From: Mobula hypostoma
Taxonomy: Eukaryota
DNA length: 64,000 bases
Reading direction: 5' to 3'
NCBI RefSeq assembly: GCF_963921235.1
Contig: NC_086108.1
Location: 60,824,001-60,888,000, forward strand
Of the stretch, positions 11,150 through 25,722 are shown piece after piece. Made by a program: the position numbers and the translations under genes. The notes under the pieces were generated by a model. The model did no database searches. It saw only the letters and a list, made by a program, of their open reading frames with translations, and had not been told where the DNA came from. Position 1 is the stretch's first letter, and each line of letters opens with the position of its first letter.

Positions 11150-13397
11150 CTTTGATGGTTTAAACATGACACTACTATTTAAGAAAGGAGTACCGGTATG
11201 TGATAAAAATAGGATGAAGTCAGCATTGTTCCATTAAGGGGAGATCTTGCCTTATTAACCTGTTAGAATGCTGTAAAGAGGTAACAAGCAGGTTAGACAA
11301 AGGAGAGTCAGTGGATGTTAATTACTTGGATTTCAGAACTCCATTGACATAGTATCACATAGATATCTGCGAGACAAAATGGTGTTAGAGATAAGGCACT
11401 AACATGGATAGATGACCAGCTGATTGGCAGAAGTCAGGGAGGGGATAAAGAGGTCCTTTTCAGGATGGCTGCGGGTGACCAGTGGAGTTCTACAGGGGTA
11501 GTGCTGGGTCTTCTACTTTTCATGTTATATGTTAATGATCTGAATGACAGAATTAATGGTTTTGTGGTCAAGTGTGCGGAAGCACTTGGACAGGTTGGAA
11601 GAGTGGCCAATGAAGTGACAGATGGAATGCAGTGAAATACAGCATTTGGAAGTGTGGGGTTATGCACTTTGGTAGACAGAATAAAGGTGTAGGATGGTTT
11701 CGGATTCAGAAAACAGAGGTGCAAAGGGATGGTTATGCACTTTGGTAGTAGAAATAAATGTGCAGACTATCTTCTAAACAGGGAAAAAAATCCAGGAATC
11801 TGAGATGCAAAGGGACTTGGGAGTCCTTGTGCAGAACACCCTGTAGGTTTCCTTGCAGGTTGAGTCTGTGGTGAGGAAGGCAAATGCCATGTTAGCATTC
11901 ATTTCAAGGGGTCTAGAACACAAGAGCAAGGATGTGATGCTGAGGCTTTATAAGGCACTGGTGAGGCCTCACCTTGAGTATTATGAACAGTTTTGGGCCC
12001 TTCATCTTACAATAGATGTGCTAGCATTGGAGAGGGCCCAGAGGAGGTTCACAAGGATGATTCCAGGAAAGAAAGGGTGATCATACGAGGAACGTATGAT
12101 GGCTCTAGGTCTGTACTCACAGGAGTTCAGAAGGATGAGGGGGATCTCATTGAATCCTTTCGAATGTTGAAAGGCCTAGACAGAGTAGAAGTAAAAGGAT
12201 GTTTCCCATAATGGGAGAGTCTAGGACAGGAGGGCACAGCCTCAGGATAGAGGGATGCCCTTTCAAAACAGAGATGCAGAGAAATTTCTTTAGCCAAAGG
12301 GTGGTGAATTTGTGGAATTTGTTGCCACATGCAGCTGTGGAGGCCAGGTCATTGGGTGTATTTAAGGCAGAGATTGATAGGTTCTTGATTGGACATGGCA
12401 TCAAAGGTTTTGGGGAGAAGGCCGGGAACTGGGGTTGAGGAAGATAGGAAAAAAAGATCAGCTATGATTGAATGGCAGAGCAAACTCGATGGGCCAGTTG
12501 GCCTAATTCTGCTCCTATGTCTTATGGTCTTTTGATACAAAGTGGTGGGGCAGGTAGTGTTGCAAAGCCAGGGAGTTTGCAGAAGCACTTGGACAGGTTG
12601 GAAGAGTGGCCAAAGATATGGCAAATGGAATGCAGTGGAATACAGCATAGGGAAGTGTGGGGTTATGTACTTTGGTATATAGAATAAAGATGTAGGATCA
12701 TTTCAGATTCAGAAAACAGAGGTGCAAAGGGATTTCAGAATCCTAGTGCAGAATTTCCTCAAGGATAACTTGCAGGCTGCATTGGTAATAAAGAAGGCAA
12801 ATGGAAGTTTAGCATTCATTTGCAGAGGATTAGAATATAAAAGCAAGGATGTACTGTAAAGGTTTTGTAAAGCGTTGGTCCCACCATATTTGGAATATTG
12901 TGAGCAGTTTTGGGCCCTATATCTTAGGAAGGATGTGCTAGTCCTGAAGAGAGTCCAGAGAAAGTTCACAAAAATGAGCTAAGGAATGAAAGACTTAACA
13001 AACGAGATATATTTGATGTCACTGGTCCGGTACTCAGTGAAAATCAGAAAGATTGGGAGGGGAAAATCTCATTGAAACCTACTGGATATTGAATGGGCAT
13101 CAAGAGGATGTTTCCATTTGCAGCAGAGTCGAGGATCTAAGGGGCTCAGACTCAGAATGAAGGAACATCCCTTTAGAACTGAGATGAGGAGGAATTTCTT
13201 CAGACAGAGGGTGGCTAATTTGCTGCCATAGATGGCTGTGGAGGCCAAGTCGTTTGGTGTATTAAGGCAGAGGTATGGGTTCTTTACTGGTAAGAGTGAG
13301 AAGGCAGGGCAATGATGTTGAAAATCAATCAGCCATGACAGAATGGCAGAGCAGACTCGATGGTCTGAATGGCCTAATTCTGCTCCTATGTCTTATA
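11150..13397 (+). mobile_element. CR1 RT and 3' end, with a second CR1 3' segment (11731-12530) nested inside
   Basis: KANAMLAFISRGLE..LYKALVRPHLEY; RNFFSQRVVNLWN; two 3' tails cctaattctgctcctatgtcttat. Confidence 0.85.
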
Positions 13398-16224
13398 GTA
13401 CAAACTTGCCATTGACCATGACCTCATAACTGGCTCTACTAATAATACCCCTCAGAGGGGGTTAGAAGGTGCAGCTGTGCTGCCCCACCTAATGACTATC
13501 TGTGGTCTGCGGTGGTGAATTACCTTTGTCTGTGTGATGCAAGAGTGTTGGTGAGCGTGTATAAAATGTGCAGAGAAATAAGGAATATACCCGCTGAGTT
13601 AGGAACCTCTCATGGAGAGTCATAGAGATATACAGCTTGGAAACAGGACCTTTAGCTCAACTCCTATTGACCCCTATTGTGTTTCTTGGCTTTACTGTGT
13701 ATGTCTTCATGAAAATGAATCTCAGGGCTGTATATGGTGATGTATACATATGCACTTGGATAAAAAATTTACTTTGAACATTGCTAACCAACTTGCCTAA
13801 CTAGCTTAGTTCCATTTGCTGCATTTGGCCCTTTAAAACTTTCCTGCCTATGAGAGTGGAAAATAGGAGTTCAATGAAGCAGGTTTTAGAAAAATTGAAT
13901 CTAAAAATTAGATACTTTTTAGACGTGGAGGGGCAAAGGCTTATCAGGTTTTGTCACCAACTCTCCCTGTACTTCTTGACTTCCTTTAACTCCCAGTCTA
14001 AAAATATCTTAATGTTAAAATTCTGTTTATCATCTTGCCCTTCCTAAATTGGCAACTTCTTCAACTTTACGACCAGTTGAGACTACTGTTCTCCCACAGT
14101 TCTAGCCTCTTCTGTATTTCCAATTCTCTTTACTCCACTATCGATGGTCAAGCCATTTGGTGACCAGGCCAAAAGGTCTTAAGTTCCAATGTAAGCACTC
14201 CACTTTCTATAATAGCATATAGACATCCATATTAACATTAGACAACATTATGAAATCCATTAATCTGTCAAGGATTTTTGGTGACCAGTCTTTAAATTCA
14301 TGCAAGCCACAAAAAGATGTTAAGACTGGTTAAATAACCGTTAAGTAATCACGATTGTGTGGTCTCTCAAATGGTTTTACTCTGTTATAAGAGCTCCTTA
14401 AATGCAGATTGTTGTGGTCAGATCTGTGGAGAAGCAGACAAGTTACTGGAACATGTAGTTTTGGGGTTATGTAATTAGAAAGATGGAATTAGTGGAAAAT
14501 GAATGGCACAGGGAAGAAAATAAAAAGATCTATTTTGAAGGGGAAGAGGCAGGACGAAAAATGTTTGAGAAAGTCAAAACTTAGTGTGTGACTTCACAAA
14601 GAAATACACGTAACAGTAAGTAAAGCTGAATTCTGATGAGAAGGGAAGAACAAACAACTGATTGTATGAGAACTTAGCTGAATGGAGTATCCTGTCAGGA
14701 GTCTGTAATGTTTATGATCACGTGCAAAGAATTGAAAAACCCTGACCCAGTTACAATGGAATTAAGGTTTGGAGACTGCTGGTTTTGTAGCTCCATCTAC
14801 TGGAAAGCACAGTACATCTGCATTTGTATCTGCATCCAGGTCATTTTGTTTGTAAATGAATAACAGAAAATTTTACAAAGGAGAAAGTACACCTGCATAC
14901 TGACTAAACTGTCATTAAGAGGACTAGCCTGCAGTAAGTTATTGTTGCCCCTTCCCCAACTCTATTCTTCCTCTGCCAACTCTAAATAACATTTCCATTT
15001 TCAAAATCATTCCTTACTGTTAATTTTAGAACTTTGTATCTTTTGCTCAAATAAGTTAAAGAAACCTATTGCACAAGATTAAAAATAACATGAAATTCTG
15101 TTTCAAAAGAGCAACAAGCATTTTCTACTAAAAAGTTATATAATTATTCTTTGATCTGTTGTACAAATCTCCTCCATTTAGTGGCTTCATTATCTCTGCC
15201 TTTTCACAGAAATCCTACGCAATAACTTCCTTCCCCTTTCATTGAACCTTTAGGGTTGTTCTTCATCTTTCTAATTGCGCTCGGAGAGTAATTCTCTTTC
15301 TTTCTCACTATTTGTATCTGTTATGTATTTAGATACCATTTAAACACTGTGAGTATATAAAGGGCAGAAATTTATTTTCAAGACATGCGGTCTGGACTAC
15401 TCATTTCTGTACTGTTAAATGTTACATTGGGCTGATATGTCTGCCTTGCAGCTCATGAGTTTCACACCCTTCATACCCAGTAGTAATGGCCAAAATGAGT
15501 GCCACTCCATGCTGCCCGCCAAAACCTTGTCAGTCCTTCTGAACTCCCAAAGAAATAAAGTAATCATGCTGACACTGTAATTTCATTTGCTCTTAATAAA
15601 TATGGGAATATTTTTTTCTCACTACAGGTTCTTCCACTGCACGTTTTTCTAAACACAGCAACATGTTTTGTAACTTGTTTTAATGCATAGTAGACTACTT
15701 CAGTAGTAGTTCAAAGTTCAAATTATATTTATTATCGAAGTACTACCCTGAGATTCATTTTCTTGAGGACGTGCCCAGTCGAATAAAGAAATACAATATA
15801 ATCAATGAAAAACTACACACAAAGATATAAACCTTATTTTAATCATATCCTCAAGCTTTCAGTCTAATCAAATAACTTTTGATGAGATTAATCTAGTTGA
15901 TAGTAAGGTTGTCAATAGCTGCTATTGTTTTGATAATATGAATTTATTGAGTCTTTGATGGACTTCGATGATCTTGGTATTTGTTTGGTACAGAATATGC
16001 CAACTATATATTTCTGTGCATATCATGACTACATCTGTAGACTTAAGGTTCCAAATTGTATGACTGCACAATTAGCTCTGCAGATGGAAACATGGCCAAC
16101 TCTGTAGCGGTGCTCGACAGAAAGCAAACATTTCCATTTTGGGCAATAAATGTATATTTGATATCTTCAGCATAAAACTGTAATAGAATATTACAAGCAT
16201 CATTATAAATTCACAGGATCTTTT

Positions 16225-16509
16225 TATTTTTTATTAACATACAGCACAGGGTTGGCCCTTCCAGCCCTTCGAGCTGCGCCACCCAGCAATCACCCGGTTT
16301 AACCCTAGCCTAATCATGGGACAATTTACAATCACCAGTTAACCTACCAACCAGCACATCTTTGGAATGTGGGAGAAACTGGAGCACCCAAAGGAAATCC
16401 ATGCAATTACAAAGAGAATGTATACACTCCTTACAGGCCGCGGTGGGAGTTGAACTCAGGTCGCTGGTACTGAAAGGCATTTTGCTAACCACTATGCTAC
16501 CATGCCACC
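16225..16509 (-). mobile_element. tRNA-derived V-SINE-like element
   Basis: Minus-strand head has A box TAGCATAGTGG and B box GAGTTCAACTCC, followed by the V-domain-like core ggatttcctttgggtgctccagtttctcccacattccaaaga. Confidence 0.75.
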
Positions 16510-16534
16510 ATTTGTATCAGTGAGGAATTGTATT

Positions 16535-16910
16535 GTGCAAGGATTTAACAAAATGACAAAAGAGGGACATGAGATATCCTTGGCAGATAAAGGTGAAGGA
16601 GAATATGGAGAGATTCTATAACTAAAAGCAGAAGGGTAATTACATCATCTTAAGAATCCAATTGATTATCTATGTGTGGAGTCACAGGGGATGGGGAAGG
16701 CCTTAAATTAATACTTTTCATCCTTATTTTTTGTGGAGAAGTCATAAAAGCTAGAGAGCTTCGGAAAAACAATAGTAATTTCCCAAAGCACATTGCCATT
16801 GCAAAAGAAGAGGTGTTGGCAGTATTGAGATGCATAAAGGTGGATAAATTCACAGGGCCTGACCAAGTTTACTCCAGGACATTATGGAAAAGGAGGGAAG
16901 AAATTTTAAA
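16535..16910 (+). mobile_element. decayed CR1 ORF2 fragment
   Basis: KEEVLAVL..IKVDK..GPDQVY.RTLW. Confidence 0.65.
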
Positions 16911-17722
16911 AGCATCTGAAAAATGCATGTAAGTTAATTTGTCAAAGTGTAGGCAAAAATAATCAAAACTGGAACTGATGAATGCGTGTGAGAAAGAATA
17001 AGTTGCAGGGGCACAGGGAAATATAGGGAATGAAGCCAAAGGGATTGTTCCATGGAAGCCAGCAAGAACCCAACGGGCTGAGTGGTCTTTCTGAATGATT
17101 ATAAGTAACATCAATGCTGAGATTCAATGGAAGACAGATTTGATCTAAAACATTATTTTTGGAATTTTCCAGATCCATTTACAGGCTTCTGTGGTGAGTC
17201 CAATTTTGGAGAGCTTGGATGCATGTTTGAACATGGAGAAGGTTTTCAGATGAAGTAGTGAAGGCAGCAATAGATGAGAGGGACAGTGGCAACATTAATG
17301 TAAGAGATGATTCCATCTGAAAGATGAGCCAGCAAGTCGGGCTGAATGAGTTGAATGCAAGAATAAAAATTGACTATTGTATTCATTATAGGAAACAGAC
17401 AATGGACCTCCAAACCACCTCAAGGGAAATTGAAAAGATAATATGCAGACAAAATCTCATTGGTGGTTATAGTAGGGGATTTGAATTACAAAAATATTAC
17501 GGGGATATAATCAGTTTTAAAGGTACTTTTTTTGGGAGAGGGACAATGCAACTGAAAGGGATATCAATGGAAGAACATGTTTGAAGCTGTGATCATGATT
17601 TAGTTGGATTTAGTCATTCAGTTTCAGATTTTGATTCATTTATTTATCACATCTACATCAAAACATATAATGAAATGTGTCATTTGCATCAAAAGCCAGC
17701 ACAATCTGGGGATGTACTGGGA

Positions 17723-18283
17723 TCAGAATCAGAATCAGAATCAGGTTTATTATCACTGGGATGTGACGTGAAATTTGTTAACTTAGCAGCAGCAGTTCAA
17801 TGCAATACATAATATAGAATAAATCAATCATTCAATTACAGTATATGTATATTGAAGATTAAAAATCGTGCAAAAACAGAAATAATATATATTGAAAAGT
17901 GAGGTAGTGTCCAAGGGTTCAATGCCCATTTAGGATTTGGATGGCAGAGGGAAAGAAGCTGTTCCTGAATCGTTGAGTGTGTGTCTTCAGGCTTCTGTAC
18001 CCCCTACTTGATGGTAACAGTGAGAAAAGGGCATGTCCTGGATGTTGGGGTTTCTAAATAATGGACACTGCCTTTCTGAGACACCACTCCTTGAAGATGT
18101 CCTGGGTACTTTGTAGGCCAGTACCCAAGATGGAGCCGACTAAATTTATGCCCCTCTGCAGCTTCTTTTGGTCCTATGCAGTAGCCCAGACATCCCACCC
18201 TGCAAAAACTCATTTCAAAACAACAAATGTCACTACATACAAAATGCCATTGATATTAAACCTGACTCTGATTCTGATTCTGA
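17723..18283. mobile_element. two LINE 3' ends with (TCTGAT)n tails joined head-to-head
   Basis: (atcaga)n at the left end on the minus strand and (tctgat)n at the right end on the plus strand. Confidence 0.65.
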
Positions 18284-19034
18284 CCTGCAGAGATCACTGC
18301 ACTTGGGATCTCATTCAGTAAACATTCACTATTCAGACTAGCATAAACTCGATTTACTAGATGAGCTGAGAATAAGCAAATGCTCACTTCGCTTGAAACA
18401 ATTTTTTCTTCTTGACTCAAGAATTAAGGCTTAAGTGTGGTCTCTGTCTTTTTTTCATCAAGGGTTTTAAAAATAAGTGCCCCATGGTAGTATGAAAAAT
18501 TGTTCTATGCTCTAGTAAGAAATTATTCATGCAATGTTTCATATTGAATATCCCTCCACCATCTATTTCTTGAGAACTACCTTGATTATTTTGATATGCC
18601 CCTTGACTGCTTCATTTTAATTTGGATAATATGAGAAAACAAAACTATGTTTCATACTATTCCATTTTATAAAATCTCTAAACAGAGTGGCTGGAATCTG
18701 AAGTCTACTTTCAGACACCAGCTTCTCAGTAAAACATCAGAATGCACATATAGACCTTAACTCATCTCCAGTTCTCTATAGTTGTGGTACATGAATGTAT
18801 CTGTTTCACTTAAGTCCACTTTGAAACACTGTCGATTAGTATCAGGAAATAGTTATTTTCTCTTTTACAAACATCTCCAAGTACACTTTGAAAAGGTCTT
18901 GTAGACCATGACAATGACTGAGAAGTGGTTTTGTTTATGTACGTATTTGTTTCTTGAGAGTTCTGTTTAAGTGAAGCTAATAAACAAAACTTCATTTATT
19001 TGATTTAGTGATACAGTGCAGAATGGGTTCTAGC

Positions 19035-19355
19035 CAATGTTCCCTCTAATTTGTAATGACCTGTGTGCAGAAAAATCTTGTGCTGTGCAGTTTTTTTCCC
19101 AGGGACAACAACACATGTGCACCGAATAATTTCTTCAATAAAGCAGTATAAATAAGGCAGTTCTAAAATTTGCAGGCAAATCATCGCAAACTCCCCGTTG
19201 TCAACATCGTCTGCATCAGAAACCAGAAAAGGAAATGTGATTGTGTACAATCCTGAAATATACTTAACATGCCAATGAGTTAGAGGGTGACAAACTTTTG
19301 TTTAAGTTCCTTTATGTGCTATTAGCAAAAGATGTGTGTGTGTGCGGAAACATTG
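19035..19355. mobile_element. hAT-like MITE nested in a V-SINE copy (~18995-19585, minus strand)
   Basis: Termini CAATGTTCCC...GGAAACATTG; decayed 8-bp TSD gttctagc/cctctggc; the flanks match the SINE at 16225-16509. Confidence 0.6.
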
Positions 19356-20064
19356 CCTCTGGCCTTTTGAGTCACGCTGCTCAGCAACCCACTGGTTTAA
19401 CCCTGGTCTAATCATGGGACAACTTACAATGACCTATTAACCTACTGAAACGTAGGCTTTTGGACCATGGCAGCAAACCCATGCACACACTGGAAGGAAC
19501 GTGCATGCTTACCTACAGATGATGCCGGAATTGAACTCTAAACTCTGATGCACAGAGCTGCAACAACTACACAATAGAGGCATCCCACAAAACTGCTTGC
19601 ACTTGCTTTCTTAATGACTATTCCTGTGTGTTCACTATAAAGATTTTCTCCAAGTGGTAGGTATTAGCCGATCAGAGCATGGTATACCCCCTATTTGTGT
19701 GACTACTCATATACCAGATGAGAAATAGATTCATGTCCTTGTCTTTTAAGTGAGGAGTTTACCACATCTGTTTATTGATCTTGTTTGGTGCTGATTTGTC
19801 TGGATTTTGTCTGTAATTTTAGATGCAGTTATTGTTAAGTTTTCATGAACTTGTTGACCACACTTTCACCTAACTTTGAAGTTCTTATGCAGATTCTATG
19901 ACGGAATATTTAAGCTGTCATTCTACTTGAAGCTGCTGTATTCAGTGGTATAGGTGTATAGTTATAGAAGGTTTGCTTGTCACTGCATCTATGCAGCTAT
20001 TTAAGGATTGCTAATATGCAACAGTTAGCTAATAGTGGTTGTGACCAATTGTGAGGGTAAGGGA

Positions 20065-20667
20065 CCTATTGAAGGAAAACACATTCATTGTATGCTGATT
20101 CCTCACCACCTTTGATTCAGCCTACAACAGTGGTGTTGTCAGCAAACTTGAATATGGCATTGGACCTGTGATTAATCTCCCAGTCATTAGTGTAAAGTGC
20201 AGAGAGCTGAGTACCTTGCTGATGGGGATTGTGGAGGAGATGTTGTTGCTGATCGGAACTGACTGGGGTCTGCAAGTGAGAAAATCAGGGATCCAACTGC
20301 ACGACTTATTGAGGCCATGGTCTTGGAGAGTATTGTTTAGTTTCGAGGGGGAATGTATTGAATTCTGAGCTGTAGTTGATAAGGAGCATTCTGATGTATG
20401 CATCCTTGCTGTCCAGATGTTCCAGGGTTGAGTGAAGAGCCATTGAGGTGGCATCTGCTGTGGACCTGTTACTCTCGTAGGCAAATTGGAGCAGCTCCAA
20501 GTCACTTCTCAGGCAGGAGTTGATATGTTTCATCTCCAACCTCTCAAAACACTTCATCACAGTGGATGTAAGCGCTTCTGGTCGGTAGTCATTGAGGTGG
20601 GTTATCACGTTTGTCTTAGGCACCAGTATAATTGAAGCCTGCTTGAAGGAAATGATTACCTCAGACT
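20065..20667 (-). mobile_element. Rex1/Babar-like LINE RT fragment
   Basis: LNDYRP.ALTSTVMKCFERL..LQFAY..NRSTADA. Confidence 0.8.
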
Positions 20668-22107
20668 AGGCATGGTTAAAAAGAAGGCTTTGTCTGGTGG
20701 CCTGCGATAGATCAGTAGATTGAGCAGCTTGCCGTCCGTTGTTCAGGATGCCAACACATCCAGAAGATGCCAACAACTGTGCCTCTCTGTCCCTGGGAAT
20801 GTCCTACATTGCCCTGCCAGATGATTCGTGGTTATTATGTCAGACAATTCATGGGCACAAATTTCTTGGTAGAAGTGGCTGCAAGTACAAAATGGCCAGA
20901 AGTGTTCCCAAAAGCCTCCATTACAGCTTTGCACACTGTAGATGTGTTGAGAAGCCTCTTCTCAAGGGCTGGTCCCAGAACACTCAATCCCAGAACACTG
21001 AGTCACTGACAAGGGACCACAGTTTGTTACCGAACAGTTTCAGTCATTCCTAAAAATGAATGGGATAAGATGTACTACATCTTATTATGTACCATACCAC
21101 CCAGCAACAAATGGCTTGTCAGAAAGGTTTGCCCAGAGTCTAAAGAACACACTGTGAGCAATACTACCCTGACATTGAAGCAGAAACTCACCAATTTTCT
21201 TCTTGCATATCGTGATGCAGCAGACTGGTCAATCAACAATTTACCAGCTAGGCTGTTCCTGGTTTATCCCTTGCATTCTCGCTTGGCTCTCCTCAATCCC
21301 AATCTCAGGAGGAGTATGCAGGACAAACAGCCGAGACAAATTGAAGGCTCCTCAAACAAGGAGGTTCGATGTTTCACTCCCGGACAAGCAGTCTTGGTGA
21401 GGGACTACAGAGATGATCAAAAGTGGCTAACCAGAAAAATTAAAGACAGAACTGGACCATTCTCCTGTGGAGACAACACATCGATCAGTCAAGGAGAACA
21501 AAGTCAATTGTTAGAGAAGAAAGTTACCCACAGCCGTCAGAATCACTTCATGTAGAGCCAGAGTCAACTCCTACAATCACCACAGAGGAGACTCCAGAAC
21601 CAGAGACTGTTTCACAGCCACAAGTCTCACCTGCTAACCAAGAGTGACCTCCTTGTCAGGAGGGATGTCATCCCACAAGAGTAAGAAATCCTCCACAGCG
21701 ATTAAATCTTCAGGCCAAAATGGGCTAATTTAAAATTGACTATTCTGTGGATGCCTGTATATAATAGTTGTATTAAATTGTATACTGTGTATATCGTTGA
21801 GATGTATTCTATATGGAGTTGGAGTCTGTAGTTAAACAGGGAGGAGTGTTGTTTCAGTAATTATTTGAGTAATTTCAGTAATATTTGAGTCATCTTGTAA
21901 ATACGTTGTTGCTTAAGCATTCTTTATTTGTTTAAATAATTTATTGTGGGCTATATGTAAAAATAAGTGAATTGCATACATCATGACACTACCATGTGAT
22001 ACGTGTGTGCCTCGCGTAAAGTAAAAAAAAAACGAAGTTAGACTTACATTTCAGACTCCCTCGTGTTTCTTTTAAATAGTTTGATGTTTTGGAGTTACAA
22101 AACAACA
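20668..22107 (+). mobile_element. partial Gypsy copy (integrase and 3' LTR 21847-22107), same family as 4755-11032
   Basis: Collinear with ~8565-10150 and lacks the nested CR1 and short-element insertions. PPT gggaggag, then a TG...CA LTR. Confidence 0.85.
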
Positions 22108-22289
22108 CTTCCAACTTCCCATCAAACAACAGTTTGATGGGAAAATTGTATGTAAAATTTGTAAAAGGCTTTCTTAGGTAAGATAATAAGAAACTGTTCC
22201 CCATGGCAAGCAATGTCTAAAACTAGATTTACGGCGAGGCGAAGGGGGTTTTGAGGGTAAATCTGAAACATCCAGTCTCAACTTTGTGG

Positions 22290-22790
22290 TGAATATTTAA
22301 GGTATCAGCCTTTGACTGGTTGCCTCATTGTCTTGTACTGAAATTCAAATACGCAAGAACGCTAGAAGCTGCAGAGAGTATGGACTCTGCTCAATACATC
22401 ACGGGCACATCTCCCCGAACTTTTGGTGGGGCATCTACAGGAGGCACTGCCCCAAGAAGTCAACATTCATTATCTAATATCAGGCAGGGGATACTCAAGC
22501 CTGATGCCCACACCACCACTGTCAAGAACGCCTACTTCCCTTCAACCATTTGGTTCTTGATCCAACGGGCCAAACCCTACAGCTTAGCGACACCATAACT
22601 ACTTCGTACATTTTGTTCTAAAGCAAACTTCTTTTTTGTTCTAATGGAATTTGCACTTGGAAAAATTTGTATAATTTATGTTTAATTTGTTTTTCTTGTG
22701 AAGGTTGCTTGTATGATGCCACGTGCCTATGATGCTGTTGCAAATAAGATTTTATTGCATCTGCCATACATGTAGGTATGTGTATTTGTT
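22290..22790 (+). mobile_element. decayed Rex/L2-like LINE 3' fragment
   Basis: TTTVKNAYFPSTI resembles the T.RFKNSFFP C-terminus, followed by a typical 3' UTR. Confidence 0.55.
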
Positions 22791-23560
22791 TTGTTGCAGC
22801 ATAGTGTATGATATAAAATTACCATAATTTATATTAAATCAATAAATAGATAGTCAGATAAATAAATAATGCAAAAGAGGAATAGTCAAATTTGACTTTG
22901 GTTATCAAGATGACAAATCGATTGCTTTTAGTGAGTTAAGTAAGGGTATGGGTATTTGGTGGTCATGTTCGACACAGTGGGTTGAAGTGTCTGATCCTTG
23001 CTTTATGGTCCTTCATATTTATATGTTGCGTCTCTAAAACTCGGCGAAAAACTTAGTATTTCTATTTCTGTGAAACTGTCAGTTTAAGAAGGCACACTAC
23101 TCTGGTGTCCAATCGGATCACACTTCAACCATATAATCTGAACAAACAGAATGTTCCGTGTTTAAAGATACATCGCATCCATGCTGTAGCGAGGAATTCC
23201 CTGATTGTGCTCTAAGACTGGCAGTGTGCGTCAGATGCAGCAGACTTGCGAAGCAGATCCTGCTGGCTAGCTAGTAGGCTGGGCTCTCTGAAGTAAATGG
23301 GGACAAGGTATCAGAACATGCTGTTGGGGGTGACACACCAGCCTTGCGTATCACAAAACCCACACTCAAAGTTTTAGGACAGCTTCCTCCCGTCTCCGCC
23401 AGATTTCTGAACAGTACATGAATATCACCTCGCTATTCCTCTTTTACACTACTTATTTATCTGTCCAGTTATTTATTTCATGCATTATATGCTACTGCCA
23501 CAAAACAAGTTTCACGACGCACGCCAGTGATAATTGACCCGAGTCTGATTCTGCCATTGA

Positions 23561-24120
<560 letters not shown>

Positions 24121-24715
24121 TCCTGCCTTGCTCCACCTTCTGCCGGCTATAGTGTCACTTTCTCAGCCTGTTGTACCATCCACGAGCCCTGCTGTTCAGC
24201 TACCCCATAACCTTCTGTTCCTACGCAGTCCCCTGCTCAATCTTTCTTTCACTTCTGCACACGACTTATCCCTAACCAACTCAGAGATCCCACCCTTTTT
24301 CATGCACAACCCCTGCACCTGCCTAGTTCCCAGTCTCTTTTGACTCAGTACATCACCCCCCCCATTCACCTCCCCAACTCCTGCAGCCACGTAGTTGAAG
24401 CCCAATCCTTATTGCACAGCTCCATATTCCCTACCCTTTTGCTGACTTCCAAACACAATCCAACGTGTTTACTGTCAGTGTACGCAACTTTACCACTTTC
24501 CCCTCCACTATTTTTTACTTGTACGAGACTTGCTAAATCCTCCCTACTCTCCCCCTCCAGCTGCCTAGCTCTCCCCAATCTCTGTCATGATAACATTAAC
24601 CTGTTCTATAGTGCTTGCCAAACTTTGTTTTCTAGTTTCCTTTGAAGTATTCCTTTTAATTAGTTTTCTTTGTATGCTATCCTTACCCCAAGTAGTGTGA
24701 AGTAATTCTTGCTGA

Positions 24716-24880
<165 letters not shown>

Positions 24881-25554
24881 TGAGTAATTTTTCTGAGTTG
24901 ATTCTATAATAGGTAGATAGATGCTTTAATAATCCCAAAGGAAATTACAGTGTTACAGTAGCATTGCAAGGATACAGATGAAAAATATTAGAAGAGATGT
25001 TAGAAAGAATGAAAAATAAGTTACCTCAAACAGTGTACCAGGAGGGGATCATGACTTCCTTGGCTATAGGTTGACTTATTACAGAGCCTAATGGCTGAGG
25101 GTAAGAATGACCTCAATTAGCGCTCTTTGGAACAGTGCAGTTGTCTCAGTCTATTGCTAAAAGTGTTCCTCTGTTCAACCGAGGTGGCATGCAGAGGTCA
25201 GACCAGTTCTAGAAAACCCTGTTCAATTTCAGAGCTGCACCTCAGAAAAAAGAGATTTGTAGAAGTCGGTCAGGTTTATAGTGTGGGCCCTCTCCATATT
25301 CACCAGAATGGTTATAAAATTTAAAGATTGAAATTGAGTTTGGGTTCGATAAACTTGGTTTAAATAAACATGGGTTTGGAAGGTTTGATGGATGGTAAAA
25401 GTGTTTAAAATGACAGTTCCTGATCTTTATTGATGGAGGACAATGCTGATATTAGCAGACGGTATTTAGTATTGAAACGCGATAAGCACATTTTCCCAAA
25501 GGGATGGTTGAAATTTGAAAACGAGAGAAAATTTGCCGAAGTTGGAAATCAAAC

Positions 25555-25722
25555 CAGTGCATGAAAAATGCTGGAGGAACTCAGTAGGCCAGAGAGCATC
25601 TATAGAAAACAGTAAACAATTCGACGTTTCAGGATGAAGGGTCTCGGCCTGAAATGTTAGCTGTTTACTCTTTTCCATAGATGCTGCCTGGCTTGCTGAG
25701 TTCCTCCAGTATTTTGTGTGTA
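25555..25722. repeat. Penelope-derived terminal-repeat remnant (fold-back)
   Basis: aaaatgctggaggaactcag...gctgagttcctccagtatttt form inverted arms around a degenerate hammerhead-like core. Confidence 0.6.
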
